A DNA stretch of 64,000 nt from an uncultured bacterium. GTDB lineage: Bacteria; Fermentibacterota; Fermentibacteria; Fermentibacterales; JCC-6. The notes under the pieces were generated by a model, which was not told the DNA's origin, did not search any database, and saw nothing but the letters and a program-made list of their open reading frames with translations. This document shows positions 54,834 through 64,000 of this stretch, one piece after another (the first letter of the stretch is position 1; the number at the start of each line of letters is the position of its first letter). The stretch covers positions 13,345 through 77,344 of the forward strand of contig CAYLRO010000003.1 of assembly GCA_964386635.1 (NCBI GenBank), given 5' to 3'. The translations under genes and the position numbers were made by a program.

Positions 54834-56861
54834 ATGAAAAAATTCCTTATAATCCTGCCGTTTGTTCTGCTTGCAGCCTGCGGTGGGGAGAACAACCCAT
54901 CCACAGCCACCAGGGAAGCCGATGTGCCCTTTCTGGAGCCTGATCATGTGAGTTCTGAGAACGCGGAAAGGCTTATTCCCAGAGATGTTCTTTTCGGTAA
55001 TCCGGAGAAGATGGGTCCACAGCTCTCTCCAGACGGTTCTCTGATAGCTTTTATTGCACCGGCAGAGAATGTTCTTAATCTGTGGGTGATGAACCGTGAT
55101 ATGACAGAAGAAAGGCAACTTACCTTCGATAGCAACAGAGGAGTCACAAACTACTTCTGGGCAGAGAATGGAGAGCACATCCTGTACATGCAGGATGAAG
55201 CCGGCGAGGAAAATACACACGTTTACAGGCTTGATGCAGCAACTGGTGATGTTGTTGATCTGACACCGTTTGAGGATGTAAAAGCTTATGTCAGCGCTAC
55301 TGACAAAGATCAACCCAACACTGTACTCATCGAAACAAACGAACAGAATGCAATGTTCTTCGATGTTTACAGCTGTGATCTTCAAACTGGCGAACTTACC
55401 ATGATCGCTGACAATCCCGGCACGGATGAGTTCGGTAACATGGTTCTGGGATTCATGCCGGACGAAGACATGAACATCAGAATGTATTACACGATTAATC
55501 CTGAAACGGGATGGATAACCATTTACCACCGCTGGGATGCAGATTCTCCCTGGGAGGAACTTCAGACATTCTCTTCCGATGAAGAATGGGGTCCTAGAAG
55601 ATTTACAGATGATGGAAGAGGGTTGTACCTCACTTCCAATCTTCAGTCTGACCTTACCGGCTTCTACTACATGGACCTTGAAACACGTGAACAGGTTCAT
55701 ATCATCTCGGACAGTCTGGCGGATGTGGGAAGTGTGGCGTTTGATCCTCATACAGGTGATCCCAGGGCAGTAAGTTTCAACTACCTGCGGAGAAGAAGAG
55801 AGATACTTGATGATTCTATCAGGGAAGATGTTGAATTCCTCGAAGAGTTTCATGAAGGGGACTTTGGCACAGCTTCCAGTGACAATGCCGACAGCACATG
55901 GGTCATTGTCTACTTCACTGTAGACAATCCCGCAGTGTACTTCCTCTATGACAGAACAGACGGCTCAATGACTGAGATGTTCACAGCAATTCCTGCACTG
56001 GAGAACTACCAGCTTGCAGAAGTTCAGCCTGTGGAGATCATGTCCCGCGACGGAATGATTCTTCCCAGTTATCTCACAATGCCTGAAGCGGAATTCTACG
56101 GTGAAGGTCCTTATCCCACAATTATGTATGTGCATGGAGGCCCCTGGGCCAGGGATTACTACGGTTACGAGCCTTTTGCTCAGCTCTTCGCCAACAGAGG
56201 TTTTGCTGTTCTTCAGGTTAATTTCAGGGGATCCACCGGTTTTGGAAAAGCATTTGTTACCGCTGCCAACAAGCAGTGGGGACAGAATATGCAGAACGAT
56301 ATCACCGACGGTGTGAACTGGGCTGTAGAAAACGGTGTGGCAGATCCTGATAGAGTCGTTATCCTGGGAGGCTCCTACGGAGGTTATGCAACACTTGCAG
56401 GAGCTGCATTTACACCTGAGCTCTACTGTGCTGCAGTGGACTTTTTCGGCCCTTCCAACCTGATCACATTCATGGAAACAGTGCCGCCATACTGGCGTCC
56501 TCTAATGGCAATGATGAACATTCGTGTGGGCAATCCGGAGGAAGAGGCTGATGCAGCAATGCTTGAGCAGTATTCACCTCTTAACTTCCCTGAAAACATC
56601 ACAATGCCCATGTTTATTGTTCAGGGTGAAAACGACCCCAGAGTGGTAAAAGCCGAGAGTGATCAGATGGTTGAAGCTCTCAGGGGAATAGGCACGGAAG
56701 TTCTCTATGTGGTTTACGGCGACGAGGGTCACGGTTTTGCCCATGAGGAAAATCGTCTGGACTTTGCAGGCAGGGTTGAGGAATTCCTCTACCTTAATGT
56801 TCCCGGTGTTGAGTGCGAACTGTTTGAATCCGTTGAGGGGTCTACAGTAAGAATAGAATAG
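54834..56861 (+). CDS. S9 family serine peptidase (prolyl oligopeptidase/dipeptidyl aminopeptidase-like) lipoprotein
   Basis: The lipobox is MKKFLIILPFVLLAAC. An N-terminal beta-propeller region precedes a C-terminal alpha/beta hydrolase with the nucleophile motif ILGGSYGGYAT and later His-containing segments. Confidence 0.85.
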   Translation: MKKFLIILPFVLLAACGGENNPSTATREADVPFLEPDHVSSENAERLIPRDVLFGNPEKMGPQLSPDGSLIAFIAPAENVLNLWVMNRDMTEERQLTFDSNRGVTNYFWAENGEHILYMQDEAGEENTHVYRLDAATGDVVDLTPFEDVKAYVSATDKDQPNTVLIETNEQNAMFFDVYSCDLQTGELTMIADNPGTDEFGNMVLGFMPDEDMNIRMYYTINPETGWITIYHRWDADSPWEELQTFSSDEEWGPRRFTDDGRGLYLTSNLQSDLTGFYYMDLETREQVHIISDSLADVGSVAFDPHTGDPRAVSFNYLRRRREILDDSIREDVEFLEEFHEGDFGTASSDNADSTWVIVYFTVDNPAVYFLYDRTDGSMTEMFTAIPALENYQLAEVQPVEIMSRDGMILPSYLTMPEAEFYGEGPYPTIMYVHGGPWARDYYGYEPFAQLFANRGFAVLQVNFRGSTGFGKAFVTAANKQWGQNMQNDITDGVNWAVENGVADPDRVVILGGSYGGYATLAGAAFTPELYCAAVDFFGPSNLITFMETVPPYWRPLMAMMNIRVGNPEEEADAAMLEQYSPLNFPENITMPMFIVQGENDPRVVKAESDQMVEALRGIGTEVLYVVYGDEGHGFAHEENRLDFAGRVEEFLYLNVPGVECELFESVEGSTVRIE

Positions 56862-56873
56862 AGCAGTTAATTG

Positions 56874-56910
56874 CAAAGGGGCCGGGCTCGATGCCCGGCC
56901 CCTTTGCTTT
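56874..56910. terminator. Bidirectional intrinsic terminator between convergent genes
   Basis: A perfect 14-bp stem (CAAAGGGGCCGGGC / GCCCGGCCCCTTTG) encloses a 5-nt loop and is followed by CTTTC. Confidence 0.6.
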
Positions 56911-56919
56911 CAAACTTAT

Positions 56920-57492
56920 CTAGAACGTACTTTTTATGGATGCCCAGGTGCTTCTGGTGAGTGCGGCACCGTGGTCATAAAGCCCGAACATGCCATCGTA
57001 ACTTACAGTGGACCAGACACCGGCGTTCAGCTGCATCATATTCGGCGGGAAAGCTGGATCAGATACAAGCCATCCTGCAGGCTGAGGTGGATTCTGAACG
57101 CTCATTGCCAGCCAGTAATCACCAGCAGGCAAGGTGGGGAATGTTTCGGTCTGGTATGCAGCAGGCACCGTTTCTCCCCAGAAATGGGTACCCATAGCGC
57201 CACCGTTGTCCTCGTAAATGTCAACAGCAATGTCGAAGGGGTGGCTGGCATCAGTAAAGATTGTCCAGAAAGTGATGCTTCTGACTTCAGCAGATGCAGA
57301 TACTGTAAAGTTATCAGCACCTCCATATGTGGGACTGTTTACATTGATGGCATTTGTTACATTGGCGAAAACACAGGGTTGCTGGTAGATAGCACCGTCA
57401 GCAGGGGGTTGAGGTTCGTAGATCTCACCGGTGCCGGTGTGTCCGAAGTTTGCACCGGCCAGAGCCAATGAAACCATCGCAAGGGCTGACAA
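56920..57492 (-). CDS. Small secreted hypothetical protein
   Basis: The 190-aa protein has a signal peptide (MSALAMVSLALAGANF) and is rich in Gly, Pro and aromatic residues. No family was recognised. Confidence 0.5.
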   Translation of the reverse strand: MSALAMVSLALAGANFGHTGTGEIYEPQPPADGAIYQQPCVFANVTNAINVNSPTYGGADNFTVSASAEVRSITFWTIFTDASHPFDIAVDIYEDNGGAMGTHFWGETVPAAYQTETFPTLPAGDYWLAMSVQNPPQPAGWLVSDPAFPPNMMQLNAGVWSTVSYDGMFGLYDHGAALTRSTWASIKSTF

Positions 57493-57584
57493 GATAGTTC
57501 TCGTATTTCACCTTTAATAATTTGAGGTGCTTATTGATAATCTCCAAGATATTTGCCCATCTCAATGAGTACAGGGCATGAAGG

Positions 57585-59090
57585 TTATCCCAGCTTGAAG
57601 AAAGCCTTTACTCTGGCCAGCAGATCATCTTTCTGCTTGTCTCTGGTTTTCAGTTCTATTCGTTTTTTCTGTTTTGAGGCAGTTACTCTGGTCAGTTCCA
57701 TTTCCTGCTGTCGTTTTTTCAGCATTTCAGTCAGAGGTTCCACAAGGGCCGGATTGTTTTCAAGAACAATCTGAAGTCCTTCCTTTTTCACCACAACCAC
57801 CTGGGTTTCCTCAAGTGCGGAAACCGTGGCTGATCTGGGCTCACCAGTGAGAAGACTCATCTCTCCAAAGAACCTGCCGGGGCCAAGGGTTGCCAGGGGA
57901 ACCGGATCGTTCTTGCCTGTTCTCAGAGTGACTTCAACAGAACCGGTTCTTATTATGTACAGGCTGTCTGCAATATCACCCTGCCGGACCATGGACTCGC
58001 CTCTTGTGTACCTGAGTATGGATGACCTTTCAGCAAGAAGATTTATGTCGTTGTCGCCAAGTGGTTTGAAAAGGTCTACTCGTTTAAGTTCCCGGAGGAT
58101 ATCGTCGCGAAGCTCGGCACGGAGCCTGTCTTCGTGATCAGGGGTAACAGTATGGAGATATACATCTCTGATAGGGAAGGGAATTCCCATGCCTGCACGC
58201 TGGAGACAGTACCAGATTCTGGACCTTACAGCGTCGCAGATGTGGGGTTCTCGGGAGAAATCCGTTATCCAGAATCTGACATCATAGCTTATGGAGCTGC
58301 TGCTGAAGTCCAGAAGGAAAACTGAGGGAGACGGTTTTGCGCTGATCCCGCTGGTATCGGAAACAGAACTCAGTAGAACCTGCTTCACTCTTTCAGGAGG
58401 GTGTGCATAAGCTACACCAACGGTAATGTGAGCAAGATGAAGCTTGGTGGGCTGGCTGTAATTTGTGACAACAGTTTTTGATACTGTGGCGTTAGGTATT
58501 GACAGAAGATCATTGTCACGTGTTCTTACAGTAAGAACGCGCCAGTTCATCTCTTCAATTGCACCCTCTATCCCGTTTATTTCAACCCAGTCCTCCATCT
58601 CGTAGGGTCTTTCCAGCTGAAGAGCAAGCCCTGCAAATACATTGCCAAGTATATCCTGCAGGGAGAGACCTATTACAGCAGAGAGAACTGTTGATGTTAC
58701 CAGGAAGGCTGTAAGCTGCACATCGAACAGCGTGTTGAGAAGAACAACTGCAAGGGTGGCCATGATGATGAAGTTGAGAACATCAATAACAAGCCTGGGG
58801 ATGGGAAGCTCCATCTGTTTCCTGGCAAGATGTTCCCAGAGCAGAAGAGTGAGGAACTGAAGCACCGTGTTGGCTGCCATCATTATAGCAAGGGCAAGAA
58901 GCACCTTCACAGCTATCAGGTCAGGGGCTACTCCCACCATTATCAGAGCAAGGTAGACTCCCATGGAAGAACCTGTGGCAATAACCCAGATCTTCAGCCT
59001 GCTTTGACCGTCATGCTTTTTAAGAACCCAGAGCATCAGTCCAACTGTAAGCCCAAGGAAAACAGCCTCAAAGAAGTGTGTCCAGTTCAA
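57585..59090 (-). CDS. MscS-family mechanosensitive channel with C-terminal cyclic-nucleotide-binding domain
   Basis: The N-terminal TM helices and MscS beta-domain are followed by a cNMP-binding domain (GDIADSLYIIRTGSVEV...FFGEMSLLTGEPRSATVSA). Confidence 0.8.
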   Translation of the reverse strand: MNWTHFFEAVFLGLTVGLMLWVLKKHDGQSRLKIWVIATGSSMGVYLALIMVGVAPDLIAVKVLLALAIMMAANTVLQFLTLLLWEHLARKQMELPIPRLVIDVLNFIIMATLAVVLLNTLFDVQLTAFLVTSTVLSAVIGLSLQDILGNVFAGLALQLERPYEMEDWVEINGIEGAIEEMNWRVLTVRTRDNDLLSIPNATVSKTVVTNYSQPTKLHLAHITVGVAYAHPPERVKQVLLSSVSDTSGISAKPSPSVFLLDFSSSSISYDVRFWITDFSREPHICDAVRSRIWYCLQRAGMGIPFPIRDVYLHTVTPDHEDRLRAELRDDILRELKRVDLFKPLGDNDINLLAERSSILRYTRGESMVRQGDIADSLYIIRTGSVEVTLRTGKNDPVPLATLGPGRFFGEMSLLTGEPRSATVSALEETQVVVVKKEGLQIVLENNPALVEPLTEMLKKRQQEMELTRVTASKQKKRIELKTRDKQKDDLLARVKAFFKLG

Positions 59091-59130
59091 TACCTAACCC
59101 TCCCTTCAGGACAATTATAACAATAAGCAT

Positions 59131-61611
59131 CTATCTGAGCAGGGTAAACATGAGAGGTTCACCGGTTGAGCTTGAAACAACGGAATAAACTCCGCTGGGA
59201 AGACTGCTGCAGTTAATCAGGCATGTTTCTTCAGGTTGAATTGAAGTGTTTCTCTCAAGGACTGTTCTTCCGCTGATGTCATACACGGTTATTCTGCCGG
59301 AAAAAGCTGTACTTCCCTGAAGAACTGACAGGCTTAATGTGTTCTGAACCGGATTGGAGAGTATCTGCAGTCCTGCATTATTTGCGCTGTTCTCTCCCTG
59401 AATGCCCTCCGGGGTTTCACAGTAGATGTTCCAGTCAGTTCCCCCGGTTCCTGCCCAGTAGACTCTTCCACCTGATGACACCGGGTTCCATACAGGCCCT
59501 GTGGAACTGACAGACTGGAATGGTTCAGACCAGCTGTTTCCAGTAAGTACAGATGCCCAGCCGGTGGCACTGGTTCTTCCCAGCTGCCAGTAAACCATGG
59601 TTTCCCCGGTTGAACCCGGGCAGATAACCGGGCTGACAATGTGAGATGCTGAATTCTCCAGAACATTCTGTTCAGGCAGCCACTGTGAGCCATCCCATAT
59701 TCTGGCCGTCACTGATGAGGTTATTCCATCAGACTGCCAGACAGCTGTGAGATTTCCGTTTACAAGTGCTATATGAGGAGAGTGGCAGAACATGCCGGAA
59801 GAAATTTCAACCGGTGCGGAAAAACCGTTCTCGTCTCCTGCTGACCACATGATCGAGCTGCCTGTGGAGGAGTTTTTTACCCACACAGCATGGAGATCAC
59901 CCTGAGGGCCTCCGGAAACAGCGGGAGCGGTGGCCCATGTACCATTTTCACTCACCTGTACGGAAAAGGAAGCGCCCTCAAGGGTTTTCAGCATTATCCT
60001 TCCCCCTGTGCTTTCCCAGTCCTGCCAGGCAAGCCACATCCTGTCAGTGCAGGCAAGATCCGGAGATACCTGATATCCTTCCTGAGGTGCTGCAGTTGTC
60101 ACATTTGCAAAAGGTATTCCGTGGGCTGTTTTTATCCTGTAAGAGTATGTGGCGTATTCGAAATCACTCCATGCAAGCCACGGCTCTCCGGAGTTGTCGA
60201 AACACACTGAAACACTGCTGTCCCAGTACTCGTCTGCATCAACTATGTAAACCTGGCTCCAGCTGTCTCCGTTCTCATCATGGAATCTGGCTGCCACATC
60301 AAGTCTGCCGTTCTCTCCTGTAAGCCACGCTACGGCTGTAACTCCGTTATAGCTGTCTGCGTCTGGGAAACAGTCCGAGTGTGAACTTGTTGAAACTGCG
60401 AATCCATCAGTATTCTCTGAAATCCGGTGAACTCCTGAGCTTGTGGCCATGGCGGACATGGGTTTAAGAGTAGGGTCACCCAGAAGGGCATTTCCGTAAA
60501 ACCATGCTTTTTCATCTGCACTGAAACCACCGGAAGCTTCATACTCCCACCAGTCTCTGAAGGCTTCTCCGAAGCAGGAGCCGGAACCTATCGGATTGTA
60601 GAACTGTTCGAAATCAAGCATTGAACCTGTTTTTGCAGCACCTGATATGAGAAGACCGGTATCCGTACCGAAAAGATACCAGTTGCCCAGGCACCCGGAT
60701 TCCACCCATCTTGCATTGGAGCAGGAGAAAAGCTGGAGAAAGGCTGTGTTAGGGTTTACCTGAGCTATCTCAGGAGCCATTACTGTGCCAGCCATACCGG
60801 AAGGAGTTTTGAATGTGTGTCCCCATGGGCAGGAGTGCGCCATAAGGTGAACGAACTCGTAGCCCTCTCCCAGTCTTGTGAGATAGTTGGCTGCAGTTGT
60901 TTCAACCGGTGAATTTACCACAGTGACATTGGAGGATCCGTAGATGCTGTTCAACCCGCAGTCGGTGTAACCGCTCCAGTCATCATCTATGAATGCAAGT
61001 GCTCTTGCAGGAGGAGCCATTGAGCCTGTTCTGTAAAGGTGATTCTTTTCAAGATATTGCGACAGCATTAGAATTTCGGAGCCGAACTCTGCTGCGTGTG
61101 CATCGATCCTGCCAATCCATATCTCAGGTGCAACATCTCCGGTATGGGAATCGAAGAGACCGTCTGCGTCTGCGTCTCCCCATACACCGTCGAGATCCAT
61201 CAGGTAGAGTTCGCATGGGAATTCCTCAACAGCCCAGTAGTCTTCCTCATACCAGGCGCAGGGTAGAAACCCGATAAGTATTGCACCATCAAGGTCAGGT
61301 TCCGACTGCAGCAGTGTTCGAATAGACGAGGCTGTTCCTCCGGACATGACCTGAATGGAAGTGTTCCAGCCTTCGGCCTGCAGATCTGAGCTGAGCTGTG
61401 AGATCTGGGATGACAGCTGGTCGTTAACGCCCTCTGCAACCAGTATCAGCACAGTGTTTCCGTCAGAACAGAATGAAGTTCTGCGGGAAATTTCTTCAAA
61501 AGAGGCGCTGTGGCTCTCAAGAGGTGAAATCTCAACACTCTGCCTGCTGAGATTTTCAATACCTCCAGGTACCAGTGCGCTGATAAGCGAGAGAATAACA
61601 GGAAGAATCAT
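59131..61611 (-). CDS. Secreted C25-like (gingipain-family) protein with T9SS C-terminal sorting domain
   Basis: The protein has a signal peptide. Putative His and Cys motifs are EFVHLMAHSCPWGHT and LQLFSCSNARW. The C-terminal ~80 aa (ITVYDISGRTVLERN...LPSGVYSVVSSSTGEPLMFTLLR) are T9SS C-terminal-domain-like. Confidence 0.55.
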   Translation of the reverse strand: MILPVILSLISALVPGGIENLSRQSVEISPLESHSASFEEISRRTSFCSDGNTVLILVAEGVNDQLSSQISQLSSDLQAEGWNTSIQVMSGGTASSIRTLLQSEPDLDGAILIGFLPCAWYEEDYWAVEEFPCELYLMDLDGVWGDADADGLFDSHTGDVAPEIWIGRIDAHAAEFGSEILMLSQYLEKNHLYRTGSMAPPARALAFIDDDWSGYTDCGLNSIYGSSNVTVVNSPVETTAANYLTRLGEGYEFVHLMAHSCPWGHTFKTPSGMAGTVMAPEIAQVNPNTAFLQLFSCSNARWVESGCLGNWYLFGTDTGLLISGAAKTGSMLDFEQFYNPIGSGSCFGEAFRDWWEYEASGGFSADEKAWFYGNALLGDPTLKPMSAMATSSGVHRISENTDGFAVSTSSHSDCFPDADSYNGVTAVAWLTGENGRLDVAARFHDENGDSWSQVYIVDADEYWDSSVSVCFDNSGEPWLAWSDFEYATYSYRIKTAHGIPFANVTTAAPQEGYQVSPDLACTDRMWLAWQDWESTGGRIMLKTLEGASFSVQVSENGTWATAPAVSGGPQGDLHAVWVKNSSTGSSIMWSAGDENGFSAPVEISSGMFCHSPHIALVNGNLTAVWQSDGITSSVTARIWDGSQWLPEQNVLENSASHIVSPVICPGSTGETMVYWQLGRTSATGWASVLTGNSWSEPFQSVSSTGPVWNPVSSGGRVYWAGTGGTDWNIYCETPEGIQGENSANNAGLQILSNPVQNTLSLSVLQGSTAFSGRITVYDISGRTVLERNTSIQPEETCLINCSSLPSGVYSVVSSSTGEPLMFTLLR

Positions 61612-61675
61612 ACGGATAACCTCCAGGGTACTGTTTCAGGCGCGGGATGTCTCAATATACCAAACGCCGGTTAAA

Positions 61676-63217
61676 TCAGTTACCGGAAATAACCACCGCT
61701 GAAACAGAAATACCCCCTTGTGTGAATACCGTGTCGCTGTTGAATGGCTGCCAGCCTTCCACTATGATGCAGTCCACTTCGAATGCCTCTGCCATTCTCT
61801 CCGCCTCGGGAGATGGCCAGCTGTTCAGTATCATCGCAGTGTGAGAGTAATCCCGGGGAAGAATCAGGCTGTAACCGTTAACAGATGGAGTGAAATGCTG
61901 CACCGAGCCTGTCAGTCTCAGCGCTTCTGTTTCCCATGAGGTGTTGTCTGTTGCAAGAGGCAGGTAGATGACCTTCTCGAATTCCATTTCTGCCAGCCAG
62001 TCATGTACCGGCTGACTGTCAACAGGTATTGTTTCATAAGGTTTGTGGTAAACTCCTGCTGCAGCTGCCAGAACACCCAGAATAACAAGAAGAGTGTTCT
62101 TCGACAGTATTTTTCCAGCCAGGATTCCCATGGGGAACAGGGCGAATATGGCAGCCCCCAGCGGTGATGTTACAGCAGAAGCCCCTGGCAGCCCGGTGAA
62201 CAAGGTGAATGGGCCGGGGCAGATCTCGTTTCCAAAAAGAACAAGTGAGGGTCCCGGACTGAGAACGGCAAAAACCAGAGAACAGAGAAGCAGATACCTG
62301 TCCATCCGGTTCACCCTGCCTCTGAACATGAACCAGATCAGACCTGCCGCAGTTGCAAGCCCCGGCCAGAATGCAGCTTCAGATGAAACATGAACTGATC
62401 TCATCCAGCCCAGGAGGACACTGGTTTTCCAGGGGGCCAGGAATGCTGCAATATCAATTGTTGCAGGGGCATCTGCCAACGGAGAAACCGCTCTTCTCAA
62501 GTGGTCGAGAATGAAAGGTATGCCCAGAGCATTGCCGGCGACCCAGAATCCCAGGAATCCGGGGACTCTTCTCCGGGTTTCCTTCTGGAGAATAAAGGGC
62601 AGCAGAAGAAACAGAGCGATGTTCAAAAAGAACCAGTGATTTGCTGAAGCCGGAGCCTGAGCAAAAATACAGAGAAGAATCGGCCATCCGGATGACTTTT
62701 CCCTTACAAAACGCAGAGAGAAATAGATGGCCAGAATGGAAAGACCCACAGAGAACAGCTGCAGATGGCTGATCTGTGACTGGAACCAGGGAAGAAGCAC
62801 CACTGAAATTCCCGCATAAAGTGCTGCTGTGGCTGATCCGTCCGTTTCAATTGTCAGCAGAGCTACTGAGTAGCCTGCAATGGATAGAAAAAGTACCAGA
62901 AGCAGGTTGTGAATAAGGAACTGATTCAGGCTGAATACCTTCAGCAGAGCTGCAGGAACGCTTTGTGTCAGAAGCCTGTCATTCAGGCTGCCAGCATGGG
63001 AGAAACCTGAGAATATTGGCAGATGAAGAGGGTTTTCTCCTGCAGAAACAGCATGAATGTTCCACTGGATAAGCCAGCTGTTGAAAAGGGTGTCCGAATG
63101 ATCGTATGGCTGGGAACTTGTGCCCAGTGGCCAGAGAGCAAAGATGGAGAAAGCAATGAAAAGAGGAATCGCAAAAGCTGCATTTCGCACACCTTTGCGA
63201 TTCCTCCTGCTGTTCAA
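61676..63217 (-). CDS. Polytopic membrane protein, possible GT-C-like glycosyltransferase (hypothetical)
   Basis: The 513-aa protein has more than 10 TM helices. It starts 5 nt after the proS stop. No family was recognised. Confidence 0.4.
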   Translation of the reverse strand: MNSRRNRKGVRNAAFAIPLFIAFSIFALWPLGTSSQPYDHSDTLFNSWLIQWNIHAVSAGENPLHLPIFSGFSHAGSLNDRLLTQSVPAALLKVFSLNQFLIHNLLLVLFLSIAGYSVALLTIETDGSATAALYAGISVVLLPWFQSQISHLQLFSVGLSILAIYFSLRFVREKSSGWPILLCIFAQAPASANHWFFLNIALFLLLPFILQKETRRRVPGFLGFWVAGNALGIPFILDHLRRAVSPLADAPATIDIAAFLAPWKTSVLLGWMRSVHVSSEAAFWPGLATAAGLIWFMFRGRVNRMDRYLLLCSLVFAVLSPGPSLVLFGNEICPGPFTLFTGLPGASAVTSPLGAAIFALFPMGILAGKILSKNTLLVILGVLAAAAGVYHKPYETIPVDSQPVHDWLAEMEFEKVIYLPLATDNTSWETEALRLTGSVQHFTPSVNGYSLILPRDYSHTAMILNSWPSPEAERMAEAFEVDCIIVEGWQPFNSDTVFTQGGISVSAVVISGN

Positions 63218-63221
63218 TTTA

Positions 63222-64000
63222 TCAGTAGGATCTGGCTATGATTGCCGTGGTGTCTGTTTCAACCCCGGTGAGGAAGCACCTGCCGGTACCTTCTCTCTGT
63301 TCCAGAGGAAGACAGCGGACTGTGGCTTTGGTCTCTTCCTGGATCTTTGCTTCATCATCGCCTGATCCATTCCACCAGACCCTGTAGAATCCCGGCTGCT
63401 CCGGAAGCAGCTTCTTGAATTCCTCATAGGTCTCAACATCGTATGTATGGCTCTTCCGGAAGTCCATTGCCGCCTGAAGCATCTCAGCCTGGATCCTGTC
63501 CAGTACATTGGAGACGCTGTCAGCGATGCCTTCCATAGAGATAGTGAACTTGCCTTCACGGCCGGGCTTGTTCCTGGCGCTTGCCATTACATGACCTTCT
63601 GCAAGGTCTCTGGGGCCCAGCTCAAGTCTGAGAGGCACTCCTCGAACTTCCCAGTGGTTAAACTTGAAGCCAGGGCTCATGCCATCCCGGTCATCTACGA
63701 GAACGCGAATACCGGCAGCTTTCAATTCTGCTGCAAGTTTCTCTGCAGCTTCCATTACAGCTGTTTTCTCGTCATCCTTTTTTGCAATAGGAATGATGAC
63801 TGTCTGCACCGGAGCCAACCTGGGAGGTAGCTTCAAACCATGTTCGTCACCGTGAACCATTATCACAGCGCCAACCAGCCTGGTTGTTACTCCCCAGCTT
63901 GTCTGATGAACCAGCAGTCTCTGGTTGTCCTTGTCAAGAAATTTTGTGTCGAAGGCCTTTGCGAAGTTGGTCCCCAGATAGTGACTTGTTCCACCCTGCA
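63222..64000 (-). CDS. proS: Prolyl-tRNA synthetase (archaeal/eukaryotic-type ProRS), 3' part. The gene continues beyond the window.
   Basis: The window-end frame reads QGGTSHYLGTNFAKAFDTKF...HQTSWGVTTRLVGAVIMVHGDEHGLKLPPRLAPVQTVIIP, which are class II motifs, an anticodon-binding domain, and a ProRS C-terminal Zn domain. The frame is open to position 64000. Confidence 0.85.
   Translation of the reverse strand, partial: QGGTSHYLGTNFAKAFDTKFLDKDNQRLLVHQTSWGVTTRLVGAVIMVHGDEHGLKLPPRLAPVQTVIIPIAKKDDEKTAVMEAAEKLAAELKAAGIRVLVDDRDGMSPGFKFNHWEVRGVPLRLELGPRDLAEGHVMASARNKPGREGKFTISMEGIADSVSNVLDRIQAEMLQAAMDFRKSHTYDVETYEEFKKLLPEQPGFYRVWWNGSGDDEAKIQEETKATVRCLPLEQREGTGRCFLTGVETDTTAIIARSY

Noticed and set aside
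54633-55853. 406-aa minus-strand ORF overlapping the S9 peptidase gene
   Set aside because: It lies antisense to a clearly real, motif-bearing gene (54834..56861). Its composition is the Arg/Lys/Cys-rich type typical of antisense translation, and it has no recognisable domains.
1-64000. CRISPR arrays, insertion sequences, integrases
   Set aside because: No direct-repeat arrays with unique spacers are present. No transposase- or integrase-like ORFs were found. The only tandem repeats are short in-frame coding repeats.

Overview
This 64 kb window is about 55% GC and densely coding, with around 50 genes, many of them overlapping within operons. TGA, TAA and TAG all act as stop codons, so I read it with standard code 11. 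I found no rRNA, tRNA, CRISPR array, transposase or integrase.

Several secreted proteins end in a C-terminal domain of the type sorted by the type IX secretion system (T9SS). This, together with pyruvate phosphate dikinase and many lipoproteins, suggests an uncultivated bacterium of the FCB superphylum (Fibrobacteres-Chlorobi-Bacteroidetes) or a related candidate phylum. That placement is inferred from gene content, not from any search.

Confident calls:
- ppdK, which appears co-transcribed with a gene encoding a receiver (REC) domain, GAF domains and a GGDEF diguanylate cyclase
- gpsA, an aroB-like gene, tatC, dinB, arfB and trkAH
- an RND efflux operon in the order permease-permease-adaptor
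- a 1349-aa hybrid sensor kinase with CheR, PAS, HisKA and REC domains
- an ECF sigma factor cassette, an S9 peptidase, and a partial proS at the 3' end
- a minus-strand cluster for an NDP-deoxysugar pathway followed by a GT2 glycosyltransferase, with three polytopic GT-C-like membrane proteins elsewhere in the window
- two gingipain-like C25 proteins carrying T9SS C-terminal domains, one partial at the 5' end
- an adenylate cyclase with TPR repeats, and an MscS channel fused to a cNMP-binding domain

Items worth a second look:
- an in-frame TGA inside an otherwise intact FG-GAP gene whose product carries a T9SS C-terminal domain, with a small hairpin 16 nt downstream
- a prepilin peptidase whose conserved N-terminal transmembrane helix is encoded upstream of any canonical start codon
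- a small ORF translationally coupled to dinB, behind a sigma70-like promoter that contains an SOS-box-like palindrome
- a tail-anchored zinc-ribbon protein of unknown function coupled to arfB
- a DUF362/ferredoxin gene, an LpxL-like gene and a Cys-rich Rossmann-like gene in one run
- a roughly 170 bp AT-rich intergenic island

Every functional assignment comes from motifs read by eye in the supplied translations. None has been confirmed by a database search.
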